From the sequence record NC_007623.1: a stretch of 64,000 nt of DNA, one strand, 5' to 3'. A model generated the notes under the pieces. That model worked only from the letters and a program-made list of their open reading frames with translations, did not search any database and was not told where the DNA came from. The position numbers and the translations under genes were made by a program. The stretch's first letter is position 1. Every line of letters begins with the position of its first letter. Positions 45,613 to 54,667 of the stretch are shown piece by piece.

Positions 45613-48585
45613 TTAAGCAAAGGGATTGGTATCGGGACTGTTCTCTTCAGGATTGGTCCCATCCTCATTGCCTTCTTCACCCTCAGGAGAGGTTTCTTCT
45701 TCCTCCTCTCCTTCAGTACCTGCTTCAGAACCTTCCTCTTCCTCTATACCTTCCGGTTCTTCCTCTTCCCCGGGAGGGGTATTCTCTAAGGCGTTCTGAT
45801 CCCCTTCAGGGAGATTCGCCTTATCCCTGGCTTCTTGAAGGTCTTTATCAGCCTTATCGATCTTCTTGGCGTGTGCCTTAATGACCTTAGCGTCCGCATC
45901 ACGAGTCCCCGCAATCAGGGCTGCCAGGAACTCCCCGACATTCTGACGCTGACTCACAACGGCGTTCACCAAGGAAGCAAGACCACCACCCTTACCATCG
46001 TTAAGGATGTCGTCAAATGGCATCGGGAGGTTATAGCGCCTGAAGGCTTCAACCGTGAGGACTGACTTCACTTGCTCGTTAATCGCTGTCAGGTTCTTGT
46101 TATTCCCTTCTCCATCATCGGATTCGGGAATACCCAAGAGCTCAGCAATCTGTTTCAGGTTACCCGAATGACCTGCCATAGCGACCCACGACTCCACCAG
46201 CTGACTCACCGTATCCAAACTGTCCTTGAGCTTAGCAGTCGTTTCAACAGAACTGGGGATCGGGAAGTGGGCTTTAAGGTTAGTCAAGAAGTCAACGAGA
46301 ATCATTTTAATGATCTCTTCGTCAGACCCTTCCAGTTTCTCCTTACTGTCCGGTGACCAGAGTTTCTTATTCTCCGAGATCTTGGTCACCAACTTCTTCA
46401 TTAAAGGCACGTTCACGTGAGCATGCTTACGTTCGAAGTCAATAATGAAGTCTGCCAGGCGTTCTTGCCAGTTAACGATTTGGTTCAGGAGCATCTGGTG
46501 TTCAGCCAGGGCCTCAATCTGGAAGTTGTTCTGATCGTCACTGACATCCAACCAACTCCGAGACAGGTGGAAGTAGTTGGCGATCTTGTTCAACAGCTCC
46601 GTACGACTATTCTGATCGACCGGACGGAAGATGTTCTTTTCCAATTGATCGAGCTGAATATCCGAGGCGGGGAAGTAAGGGTTCTCGCCCGCATTGACTT
46701 TAACCGTTAAGGAGTTCTCCCTCAAGGTATCCACAATCATGGGGACTGACAGTTGAGATGTTGAGAGAATACTGTGCAACCGTGGGTTCGCTTCAAAGAA
46801 CGCCGCCCTGGTCGCCGCAATCCCCGCAAAAGGCTCTGCGTCGTTCTCCTGGAGGTTAATCGTCATTTGGGTGTGGGGTGTAGCCGCCTCCAGGTTCGCC
46901 AACGCGTCAGCGAGGTCTAAGGCCGCTAAACGGGCAATGTGCATTTTAGCCATTTGAGTCAACGACTGACCAATCCCTAAACGGTTATAGTTCAGGGCCA
47001 TATAGGTCATCGCTTCCCCAGGCACATACAAACACCGAATCCCCTGTCTCCGGAAAATGCGTTGCAGGAAGATCTTGTTGGCTTCCTCATCGATCTCAAT
47101 ACTGATGTTCTCCCCACGACCACTGAGGACTGACTGCATGTACCGTCGAATGATATTCGATTTCGAGATCTCAATGAACTCGGTCATATCGAAATCACAT
47201 TCTTTCCCTTCTTGGATTTGACGAAGCTGTTGAACCAGGTTGTTCGTACTACCGTTTTTAGGGCGGTTAGCAATCATACTGGCATTGCTTCGGTTACTCT
47301 GGTAGTACTCGAAGTCATTCGTATTCTTCAGGAAACTCCCATCCCGAGGATCTGTGAGGAGGATAAAGTCCGTTTGAGTTCCATTACTCCCGTTGATGTG
47401 AATCGGAATCACCGCTTCACTGGGAACCTTGTAGGTAATCCCCCGTCCATAGGGTGCAATCTTCAAGGCATCGACGGGTTTACTGAATTGAATGATCTGA
47501 CTCACCGGATTCCGTTGAGGGAACAAACGGTTACTCAACTCGTTCAATTCACCTTCCGTTAAGTTAACGGTAGTGGCTTGAGGATCAGCAGGCTTCTTAC
47601 GTTTGCGTTTCTTACCATCCGCATCCGTATAGTGCTGTTGATCATCTCCAGGGTTCGTACGAGCCACCAGAGCGGTTTGGATAATAAGGTCCAACCCTTC
47701 CGCTCCCGTTACCGCGGCAACATTCGACCGACGTTTACTTTCCTCGAACTTCTGGAGGTACAAGACCGCTGGGTTATCGGTCAGGGTAATATCAATCAGC
47801 TGAGCCAATTCCTTCGAGACAGAGTCTTTATCGTCTTCAAAGATATTGAATTCCACTTCAGCATTCTGAGAAGAAGGGTTCAGGAAAAGGGATTCTAGAC
47901 CACTGACGGTGTTATTTGTATTATGACTGGTTCTATTACCGACAAAGACACCTTTGTTCTTCACCCGGACTTTACCGTTGACGACTACGAACTCATGACT
48001 TAGCATCTCTTTAGCCTGGGTCATGAACTGTTCGTTACCGGCAACATCCCCGGATTGCTCCGCACCGTTGATCAAATAATCGAGACCTGGGCGACTCAAG
48101 TTAAACAGCACATAACTCCCGGTATTGAAGAGAATATCCGCGATCATTTCCCTCAAATCTTTCTCGATCTTATAGTCATTGGTATAGTAGCCATCCCAGA
48201 TGGTGAGGAGTTCATCATGCAATTTTGCATTTTTAATAGGGGACGGTTGGGTGTCGTAGGTGAGGATTTTGTCTTGCTTCCCATTGGGGTAGAGTAGACA
48301 CGTCTGCCAGATCAAGGTGGCTTTGTCGATATACGGCGTGATTAACCGCAAATCAGTAGCCGCGTTAATGTTGTTGCTGATGATATTACTCAGCTTTTCC
48401 AGTTTGTAAGGGTTAACCGTCCGATGACCGTTGATCTCATCCCGTTCAGGGGATGAACCGTTACGAGGCGTAGCATTACGCAGGGTCGCTGCAACCACTG
48501 GGTTTTGAGTCGTCAACGATTTACGCAAAGCAGCAAAATCCACCTGCGTGTTACCCTTGGACTGTCTACGAGATGTATCGACCAT
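45613..48585 (-). CDS. Portal protein (phiKZ gp129-like)
   Basis: About 990 aa; 'VPSEAVIPIHING' and 'YMALNYNRLGIGQSL' motifs; GNE, GLE and GAE sites; acidic C-tail; SD GAGG before ATG 48585. Confidence 0.7.
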   Translation of the reverse strand: MVDTSRRQSKGNTQVDFAALRKSLTTQNPVVAATLRNATPRNGSSPERDEINGHRTVNPYKLEKLSNIISNNINAATDLRLITPYIDKATLIWQTCLLYPNGKQDKILTYDTQPSPIKNAKLHDELLTIWDGYYTNDYKIEKDLREMIADILFNTGSYVLFNLSRPGLDYLINGAEQSGDVAGNEQFMTQAKEMLSHEFVVVNGKVRVKNKGVFVGNRTSHNTNNTVSGLESLFLNPSSQNAEVEFNIFEDDKDSVSKELAQLIDITLTDNPAVLYLQKFEESKRRSNVAAVTGAEGLDLIIQTALVARTNPGDDQQHYTDADGKKRKRKKPADPQATTVNLTEGELNELSNRLFPQRNPVSQIIQFSKPVDALKIAPYGRGITYKVPSEAVIPIHINGSNGTQTDFILLTDPRDGSFLKNTNDFEYYQSNRSNASMIANRPKNGSTNNLVQQLRQIQEGKECDFDMTEFIEISKSNIIRRYMQSVLSGRGENISIEIDEEANKIFLQRIFRRQGIRCLYVPGEAMTYMALNYNRLGIGQSLTQMAKMHIARLAALDLADALANLEAATPHTQMTINLQENDAEPFAGIAATRAAFFEANPRLHSILSTSQLSVPMIVDTLRENSLTVKVNAGENPYFPASDIQLDQLEKNIFRPVDQNSRTELLNKIANYFHLSRSWLDVSDDQNNFQIEALAEHQMLLNQIVNWQERLADFIIDFERKHAHVNVPLMKKLVTKISENKKLWSPDSKEKLEGSDEEIIKMILVDFLTNLKAHFPIPSSVETTAKLKDSLDTVSQLVESWVAMAGHSGNLKQIAELLGIPESDDGEGNNKNLTAINEQVKSVLTVEAFRRYNLPMPFDDILNDGKGGGLASLVNAVVSQRQNVGEFLAALIAGTRDADAKVIKAHAKKIDKADKDLQEARDKANLPEGDQNALENTPPGEEEEPEGIEEEEGSEAGTEGEEEEETSPEGEEGNEDGTNPEENSPDTNPFA

Positions 48586-48607
48586 TCTTAACCTCTTCGA
48601 GCGAACT

Positions 48608-50929
48608 ATGGACAATATTGAATTTAATGCTTATCTGACTGACGTGTTTCGTCTAGTCAGAACCATGGTCATCAAAATAGAAGCCATTGCCTTACGGGAT
48701 AACAAAGTCCTGGAGGAAGCGGGTTATCCTGTCGGGTTGGATAAAAGGACCTGGCGGTACTACATGAACCTGAATGGGGACTACCACCCCAATGATCAGA
48801 TCATGACCATTACGTCGATTGATACCGGTGACGAAATTGTCTTCAATAAAGACAACTTGGTGACCCATTTAGCGACGGCCAGGGAGTATGCCACCGGTGG
48901 CTATTGGTTCAATCGCTTGGTTGAACGGTACCCGGGACAAGCTGAATTGATTCGCGGCATTATTGCACCGATCCCCTACGAGGAGACCATAGAGGCCGAG
49001 GACTATAAGATCCTCAAATACAATAAGGCTTTGGTGCAGTGGAATGAGGACCAATTGATCCCTCAACTCCAAGCTTGGATCTACAGTGAAGTGGAACAAG
49101 TCTTCCGCCACGAATACCGGTTAACAGATGACTTGATGCTCCCTTTCGGGATTATGTTGCTGTATGCTGATCTGTTCAAAGCCATTTGTACCATTCGGCA
49201 TGAAGCCATTGGGACGCGGTACGCCCATGATTTCTATATTTGGAGTCACATTGATTCCTACGGGGCGTTCTCCAAGTACAAGGAAAGTTTAGATCGGTAT
49301 CAAACCATGTGGTTGTACCGCAACATTGCGTGGATTGATAACAACCCCGGTCAGCAGTATACCTTTGGGAAGTTGATGGACAACCTCCTGACCCACGCAC
49401 GTATTCCCCTGGCCAAGTTTGATATGGTGGAGAATACAGCGAATCAGTTGGAAGAATTGGTTCCCAATCCCCTGTACCGTAGGCTCCAGCTTAACTTGCA
49501 GGAAGACTACGGTCGAGAAGCCACGTTTATCGATACCCAACACATGATCGATAAACAACAACCCTTGGCAAAAGAGAACCCTAATCAAGCGTCCATGTAC
49601 TATCACGACGCGTTGCAGAAAGGGAAACACAGTAACCATTCTGAACTGCCCACGAAGACGTTGGAATCCAAAATGATGGATTACACCAACCGTCACATCG
49701 ATACCAAGATGTCGGTAGTCTTTAATGAATGGATTTACTTAACCGCTAAGGGGTACTTTAAAGGGCGTATTCTGGTTACCGATCCTAAATCCGGTAAACA
49801 GGTCAGACTCCCGGTTGGGGATGCCTACTACGTGTGGCGGTACTTGGTGGACTTCGCCAGGGATCAAAAACCGGTCAACATCTGTCCGGCGTATTACCAC
49901 AATGTATTGAAAGCGGTTCCTCCCACCCTGGAAGCCTTGATTGATATTGGGGGTCCTTCGTTCATTACGCCGATTATGGCGTATGACGTCCGTAACGTGT
50001 GGATTCCGGTGAACACCTTTATTGCACCGGAATACCTCATGGCGTATTCTGAAGAAGTCTACGCACTCATGTGGAAACACAAGAAGATGTCAAGTCAGTT
50101 CTACGACTTGAACATGCGCGCGCGGATGGAGAACACCACGAAGTTCATGTACGAGTCTGGAATCGCTACGATCACGGACCTGACTACCTACCAACAACTC
50201 CTGAACCGGTATGAGTTCGACTTTACGGAATACACTCCGGAAGAAGCCCGTAACTTTGCCTGGGAGATCTTCAAACGCATCACGGGTTGGGACAGCAACA
50301 ATAACCCGTCCTTGAGGATTAAACAGTCAAACCTCATTGATATCATGATGCAGCTGTCGTCTTACACCATCCAGGTCATTAAGGAAATCGATGACGGTAC
50401 GGACTTAACAGAGCTCCCCAGTGAGATCTTTATTGGGGATCCCCGGTGGATTGGGAAGGGAAATGGCGCCTTCGGGGATTACACCCATGTTCAGATGGAT
50501 ATTCCCACTCATTTCGATGGTGTTCGCACCGTTGAAGAGGTTCATCCCCTGGTTGAACCTATGATCCCTGAGGTGGCAGCGATTGCGGAAGGGTATGGGG
50601 TGGCGCGTAGCGATGATATCTTTGAACGGGTGGATTTCAGCACCAACCTGTTGGACTACGCGGTTCGGATAATCGATGACTCCTATTTCAGGCTGTTACC
50701 AGCAGATCGTATGGGCCTCCCTGAAACTAATTACGGGCGTCTGGTATTTAAAGAGCTGCATAAGGAAACCCCTGTAGGTCCAGCGGACTATGGTCGCCTG
50801 GTGTTTAAGGAGCTGAGTCCCCTGACGGTGATTGACCCAGCTAACTACGGCAGACTGGTCTTAAGAGGGCCGGTTAAGGCGATCACTCCTAGTGGAAGAC
50901 TTCAATTTAAAGACGTTAATAAGGACTAA
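48608..50929 (+). CDS. Baseplate/tail structural protein (phiKZ gp128-like)
   Basis: 'WRYYMNLNGDYHPNDQIMTITSIDTGDEIVFNKDNL'; divergent from the portal gene. Confidence 0.6.
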   Translation: MDNIEFNAYLTDVFRLVRTMVIKIEAIALRDNKVLEEAGYPVGLDKRTWRYYMNLNGDYHPNDQIMTITSIDTGDEIVFNKDNLVTHLATAREYATGGYWFNRLVERYPGQAELIRGIIAPIPYEETIEAEDYKILKYNKALVQWNEDQLIPQLQAWIYSEVEQVFRHEYRLTDDLMLPFGIMLLYADLFKAICTIRHEAIGTRYAHDFYIWSHIDSYGAFSKYKESLDRYQTMWLYRNIAWIDNNPGQQYTFGKLMDNLLTHARIPLAKFDMVENTANQLEELVPNPLYRRLQLNLQEDYGREATFIDTQHMIDKQQPLAKENPNQASMYYHDALQKGKHSNHSELPTKTLESKMMDYTNRHIDTKMSVVFNEWIYLTAKGYFKGRILVTDPKSGKQVRLPVGDAYYVWRYLVDFARDQKPVNICPAYYHNVLKAVPPTLEALIDIGGPSFITPIMAYDVRNVWIPVNTFIAPEYLMAYSEEVYALMWKHKKMSSQFYDLNMRARMENTTKFMYESGIATITDLTTYQQLLNRYEFDFTEYTPEEARNFAWEIFKRITGWDSNNNPSLRIKQSNLIDIMMQLSSYTIQVIKEIDDGTDLTELPSEIFIGDPRWIGKGNGAFGDYTHVQMDIPTHFDGVRTVEEVHPLVEPMIPEVAAIAEGYGVARSDDIFERVDFSTNLLDYAVRIIDDSYFRLLPADRMGLPETNYGRLVFKELHKETPVGPADYGRLVFKELSPLTVIDPANYGRLVLRGPVKAITPSGRLQFKDVNKD

Positions 50930-50943
50930 AGGAGAAGAGTCTA

Positions 50944-51342
50944 ATGACCAAAGAGTTGAGACTCATTAAGGAGTCTTTTTGTCGTCTTCACGGGTTAGAT
51001 AAGGCAACGGCCTTGAACATTGAATATCAAGGCCGTAATCCCACCACCCTCAATGCGATGTTCATCCTTCACGGGGACGGCATCCCTTGCACACGGTATG
51101 AGCACGAACGCATCAGTTTGACGCCCCACACCCTGAATCGTTCCCTGGACCTTGACAGCAGTCTTAAACTCCACCGTTCTGATATTAACGCTGAGATGAT
51201 CAGCGCTTGGTTTAATACCCATACGAACGAATCCCTGCTGCCCCAGGACGTGGGTAAACTCATTATTGGAGACCGCGTGACAGTGATCTGTTCCACGGAT
51301 TCTATGCGCTTTAAGCACTCCTTTTCGATGGCTTTTAAATAG
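50944..51342 (+). CDS. Small virion structural protein
   Basis: 132 aa, SD AAGGAG. Confidence 0.55.
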   Translation: MTKELRLIKESFCRLHGLDKATALNIEYQGRNPTTLNAMFILHGDGIPCTRYEHERISLTPHTLNRSLDLDSSLKLHRSDINAEMISAWFNTHTNESLLPQDVGKLIIGDRVTVICSTDSMRFKHSFSMAFK

Positions 51343-51350
51343 GAATCACC

Positions 51351-52298
51351 ATGGCACTTTCTGCTAATGAACTCCAGGATCAGAATCGATCTGAGGTTCC
51401 CGCTCAGACGACCACGAATACCTCCATGGGTAATCTGATCGCGAAATGTATCGTCACTGGTCAACCGATTACCATTCCCAAGTACACCACGCTCAATGAG
51501 CATTATGGTATTCTGGCTGAAGAATCCCTGGGAAGTAAGAATTCCCGAGATTTCTACTTGAAGTATTTCGGGATTGGTGTAAGGGGATCCAACTGTGATG
51601 GTAAAGACAGTCGGGGGGTCAGTCGATTGAAGGTTAACCAACACCAACCGATTGACATGAACTTGTTCACCGCAGTTCCCTTTATTGCACGTCCTTTGGA
51701 CGCCCCTTTGGACAACCTTAACCGCGAGAAGTTTCGTATGAGGACCGTGGAGGCTAGAAACGGTATTCCTTACGAGTTCTATTGGTTGAAGTTGGTTAAT
51801 TTCGATAACTATAATCCAACCGAAAACAAGATCACTCGTGATCCTGTAACCGGTCTGGAGGATGTTAAACCTTACATTCACCGTAAAGACGACCTGGACA
51901 ACCCACAACCGGTTGACTTTACCAGTGAGGGTAACATTCCTGTCAGCAATGAGTACATTAACAGTTCGGCTATTTTGGACTGTTCGTTGACTCAATCTGA
52001 TTTGCGTGAGATTTCACAAGCCTGCAAAATCTACTACGGGGATGCGGGATACGCATCCATTAACGAAGTGGGTGTTGCCTATGGGATTGATACTCAATTC
52101 CGTGGGGAGATTGCTGGAGGCGCGACTATCCAGTATACCGAGGTCATGAGTGCAGTCTTTGCTCACTACATGACCGAGCGTGATGGTCGCAATGCGCTCT
52201 CTAACATCAAGATCCAGCTTGCGTTTGACCACGGTGCAAGCGCGCCCATGCTCTTGCATACCAACTCAACTCAACCCCCAACTGGACAAGGAAACTGA
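51351..52298 (+). CDS. Conserved virion protein (phiKZ gp139-like)
   Basis: 'KYFGIGVRG...HQPIDMNLFTAVPFIARPLD...REKFRMR'. Confidence 0.6.
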   Translation: MALSANELQDQNRSEVPAQTTTNTSMGNLIAKCIVTGQPITIPKYTTLNEHYGILAEESLGSKNSRDFYLKYFGIGVRGSNCDGKDSRGVSRLKVNQHQPIDMNLFTAVPFIARPLDAPLDNLNREKFRMRTVEARNGIPYEFYWLKLVNFDNYNPTENKITRDPVTGLEDVKPYIHRKDDLDNPQPVDFTSEGNIPVSNEYINSSAILDCSLTQSDLREISQACKIYYGDAGYASINEVGVAYGIDTQFRGEIAGGATIQYTEVMSAVFAHYMTERDGRNALSNIKIQLAFDHGASAPMLLHTNSTQPPTGQGN

Positions 52299-52301
52299 CC
52301 C

Positions 52302-52934
52302 ATGGAAATCCCAGCTATACTAAAAGGAGAAGTTCACCTTCCACTGGTTGAGAATATGACGGCAGGTCAGGCAATTGAGATAGCCAACGCCTTCTATCAA
52401 ACCACCCTGAAACCGGAAGACTTCAAGGAAGCCCAAGCCATCGTTGATGGTGATAAAGTCATTCTGGACCTGCTCGACCCTGTGACGGGTGAGGTTGTGG
52501 TGCATTTCGTCAACAAAGCGGGTGTTACACGTAAGCCGCTGGACGATACCACCCTGGTCAATCCCATGGCGGCGGTCGTGAATGCCGATGAGAACATCAT
52601 CTGGGCGGGTCCACCGGAGTTTGTGGGGAGTGTCACGGAGCTGGATTGGCTGAGGTATATTACCGACGCGCCACCACCCATGACCCCTGATCCGATGGAC
52701 TATGCCAAACGGATGGCCACCCTGCTGAATCAGTACAACATTGCGGGTGGTCGGTGGACCAATAACTGGAGTGCGGACCTTCCACGCTCTGTGACGGCAT
52801 TCCACGTGGCATATCGTGGTGACGCCCAATGGGCTCCGTCCAAGTTCATGTTGAATGATCTTGTGTCTGAGTTCATCGTGGTGATTTACCTACCCTACGC
52901 CCACCCCGCCTGTTACGTGTGCTTTGCGTCCTAA
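52302..52934 (+). CDS. Hypothetical (probable virion) protein
   Basis: 210-aa ORF within the structural operon. Confidence 0.55.
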   Translation: MEIPAILKGEVHLPLVENMTAGQAIEIANAFYQTTLKPEDFKEAQAIVDGDKVILDLLDPVTGEVVVHFVNKAGVTRKPLDDTTLVNPMAAVVNADENIIWAGPPEFVGSVTELDWLRYITDAPPPMTPDPMDYAKRMATLLNQYNIAGGRWTNNWSADLPRSVTAFHVAYRGDAQWAPSKFMLNDLVSEFIVVIYLPYAHPACYVCFAS

Positions 52935-53509
52935 AGCCCTCTGATAGTGTACGGGTCTTAGCCATAGATCCGTCCACTACCTGTATGGGGGTGAGTGTCT
53001 TCGACATCAATATTGCTAAAGCTGAACCGTTTAAGTTGATTTACGCGAACACGATCTTTGGTAATAAGTTGTTGTTTGACATTCCAGCACAATTTGATGA
53101 TCGCGCGGACACTGGTATTGCGGCAAGAAGTTACGGTATGGCGCGCAGTTTAAGTCAACTGTTAGCTATCTTCGAACCCGACAGTGGGATCTGTGAGGAT
53201 AACTTCCTCGGTATGTCTCCGCTTACATTTAAGCAGTTGATTCAAGTGGTCTCCTTGTTACGTGAAACCTTCGTTACCCACGGTATTCATTTGTCGTATC
53301 TCCTCCCTCGTTTAGCTAAAGCCGTGGTGGGTGCAGATTTCAGTGGGAGTAAGAAGGAGGATGTTCATAAAGGGGTGATGGACTATCCGTGGTTAGACGC
53401 CGGCGAGATTGATTTGACGGTTCTGGATGAACACTCCGCTGACAGTGTCGCTATCGGCCTCTATCGGTGTGAGCAGATCGCCCGGCATTACGGTGTCTCA
53501 GAGAGGTGA
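52919..53509 (+). CDS. ruvC: RuvC-like Holliday junction resolvase
   Basis: 'VLAIDPSTTCMGVS', 'ICEDNF', 'AKAVVG...SKKEDV' and 'EHSADSVAIG' provide the RuvC acidic catalytic residues. Confidence 0.85.
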   Translation: MLCVLKPSDSVRVLAIDPSTTCMGVSVFDINIAKAEPFKLIYANTIFGNKLLFDIPAQFDDRADTGIAARSYGMARSLSQLLAIFEPDSGICEDNFLGMSPLTFKQLIQVVSLLRETFVTHGIHLSYLLPRLAKAVVGADFSGSKKEDVHKGVMDYPWLDAGEIDLTVLDEHSADSVAIGLYRCEQIARHYGVSER

Positions 53510-53513
53510 ACGT

Positions 53514-53885
53514 ATGACTGAAACAACTCAAGACGATGACCCAGAGCTACCCGCCAATTCTCCTCCTGTTGAAGGAGGAGTGGAACGGGAGATCTTTGGT
53601 AAATGGAAAGTATTGTTGATTAACCTCGGTGGTATCCTTTCCGTGTTGGTGGTGTGTTTAACGGCACTGATTAACTCGTTTACTATTTACCTGTCAGTAA
53701 CCACCAATGGTAAATGGCCCAGTGAGATGAGTATGTTCATCATGATGGTGGGGCCGGTGATCTGTGCATGGGGGTGGATGAACGTTAACGGTACCTTAAA
53801 GACTATTATGTCTCAATCGGGGTTTAGTAACAAAATGAGAACCAAGGTGGCTGAGATCATTGCGCCTAAGCCCAAGACAGAATAA
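53514..53885 (+). CDS. Two-TM membrane protein, candidate holin
   Basis: SD GAGGTG; acidic N-terminus, two hydrophobic segments and a basic C-terminus; faces the spanin genes. Confidence 0.45.
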   Translation: MTETTQDDDPELPANSPPVEGGVEREIFGKWKVLLINLGGILSVLVVCLTALINSFTIYLSVTTNGKWPSEMSMFIMMVGPVICAWGWMNVNGTLKTIMSQSGFSNKMRTKVAEIIAPKPKTE

Positions 53886-53895
53886 ACCCAATAGG

Positions 53896-53933
53896 AATCC
53901 TACCTGTAGCCTTTGCGGGCTACAGGTAGGATT
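53896..53933. terminator. Bidirectional hairpin terminator
   Basis: AATCCTACCTGTAGCC-TTTGCG-GGCTACAGGTAGGATT. Confidence 0.8.
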
Positions 53934-53946
53934 TATCACGCGTCTG

Positions 53947-54396
53947 TCATTCAGGTAGAGCTAAACTCTCAATTAACACATTGATGTTATCAATCAACTG
54001 TGAAATGGTACGCTGGCTGGCGTATAACTTCATGTTGCTGTCATCCAACGCCCGGGTCGTATTGATCAGCAGTACCCGGGTAACTCGATAACAGAGCTCT
54101 CGTGCCTCCCGAGAGGGTTTCTCCAAGCAGTCATACTCCAGCAGAAAGGTCGTTAAACTACTTAACTGACTAGGAGGCATCTCCGCGGGTGGGTTCTTGA
54201 GTTGAGGGAGCACTTGGGTCAGCCTTTCCTGAGCTGCCAGGACTTGCTTCCGGTACGTGTTGATCCTTACTTGCTCCGCTTGAACCTGGAGGATTGAGTT
54301 GGTCTCGGACAGTTTGGGATTGTTGCTGCATCCCACTAGGATCAGGGATACTAGACAGATTAACATCCACCCCATACTTTTCAAGTAGTTTTGCAT
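53947..54396 (-). CDS. Lipoprotein, candidate o-spanin (Rz1-like)
   Basis: Signal peptide with lipobox 'LILVG-C'; its 5' half overlaps the i-spanin gene in another frame; helical periplasmic domain with two further Cys. Confidence 0.7.
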   Translation of the reverse strand: MQNYLKSMGWMLICLVSLILVGCSNNPKLSETNSILQVQAEQVRINTYRKQVLAAQERLTQVLPQLKNPPAEMPPSQLSSLTTFLLEYDCLEKPSREARELCYRVTRVLLINTTRALDDSNMKLYASQRTISQLIDNINVLIESLALPE

Positions 54397-54631
54397 AGCC
54401 TGAGTTGTCCTCTTCAGTTCGCTGTTCCAACTGACGGGCGAGGGTTTGAGTCAAGGCGGCTGTGGCATTGGAATTGTTTTCCATGTTGTCAGCCACCCGT
54501 TGCAACTGGTTGGTAACGCGCTGAATCCCATTAACCGCTTCTACACTGATAGTGGGGTTACGTGGCACAATAGCCTGCCACGCGACAACCGCCAGAATCA
54601 ATATTAGAACCACGTCTCTAATCCATGTCAT
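54170..54631 (-). CDS. Type II inner-membrane protein, candidate i-spanin (Rz-like)
   Basis: SD GGAGGA; N-terminal TM 'VVLILILAVVAWQAIV', coiled coil, then a Pro/Ser-rich tail overlapping the lipoprotein gene. Confidence 0.7.
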   Translation of the reverse strand: MTWIRDVVLILILAVVAWQAIVPRNPTISVEAVNGIQRVTNQLQRVADNMENNSNATAALTQTLARQLEQRTEEDNSGYAKLLEKYGVDVNLSSIPDPSGMQQQSQTVRDQLNPPGSSGASKDQHVPEASPGSSGKADPSAPSTQEPTRGDAS

Positions 54632-54667
54632 AATGGATCCTCCTAACGGTATTGGGTTCATAACAGG

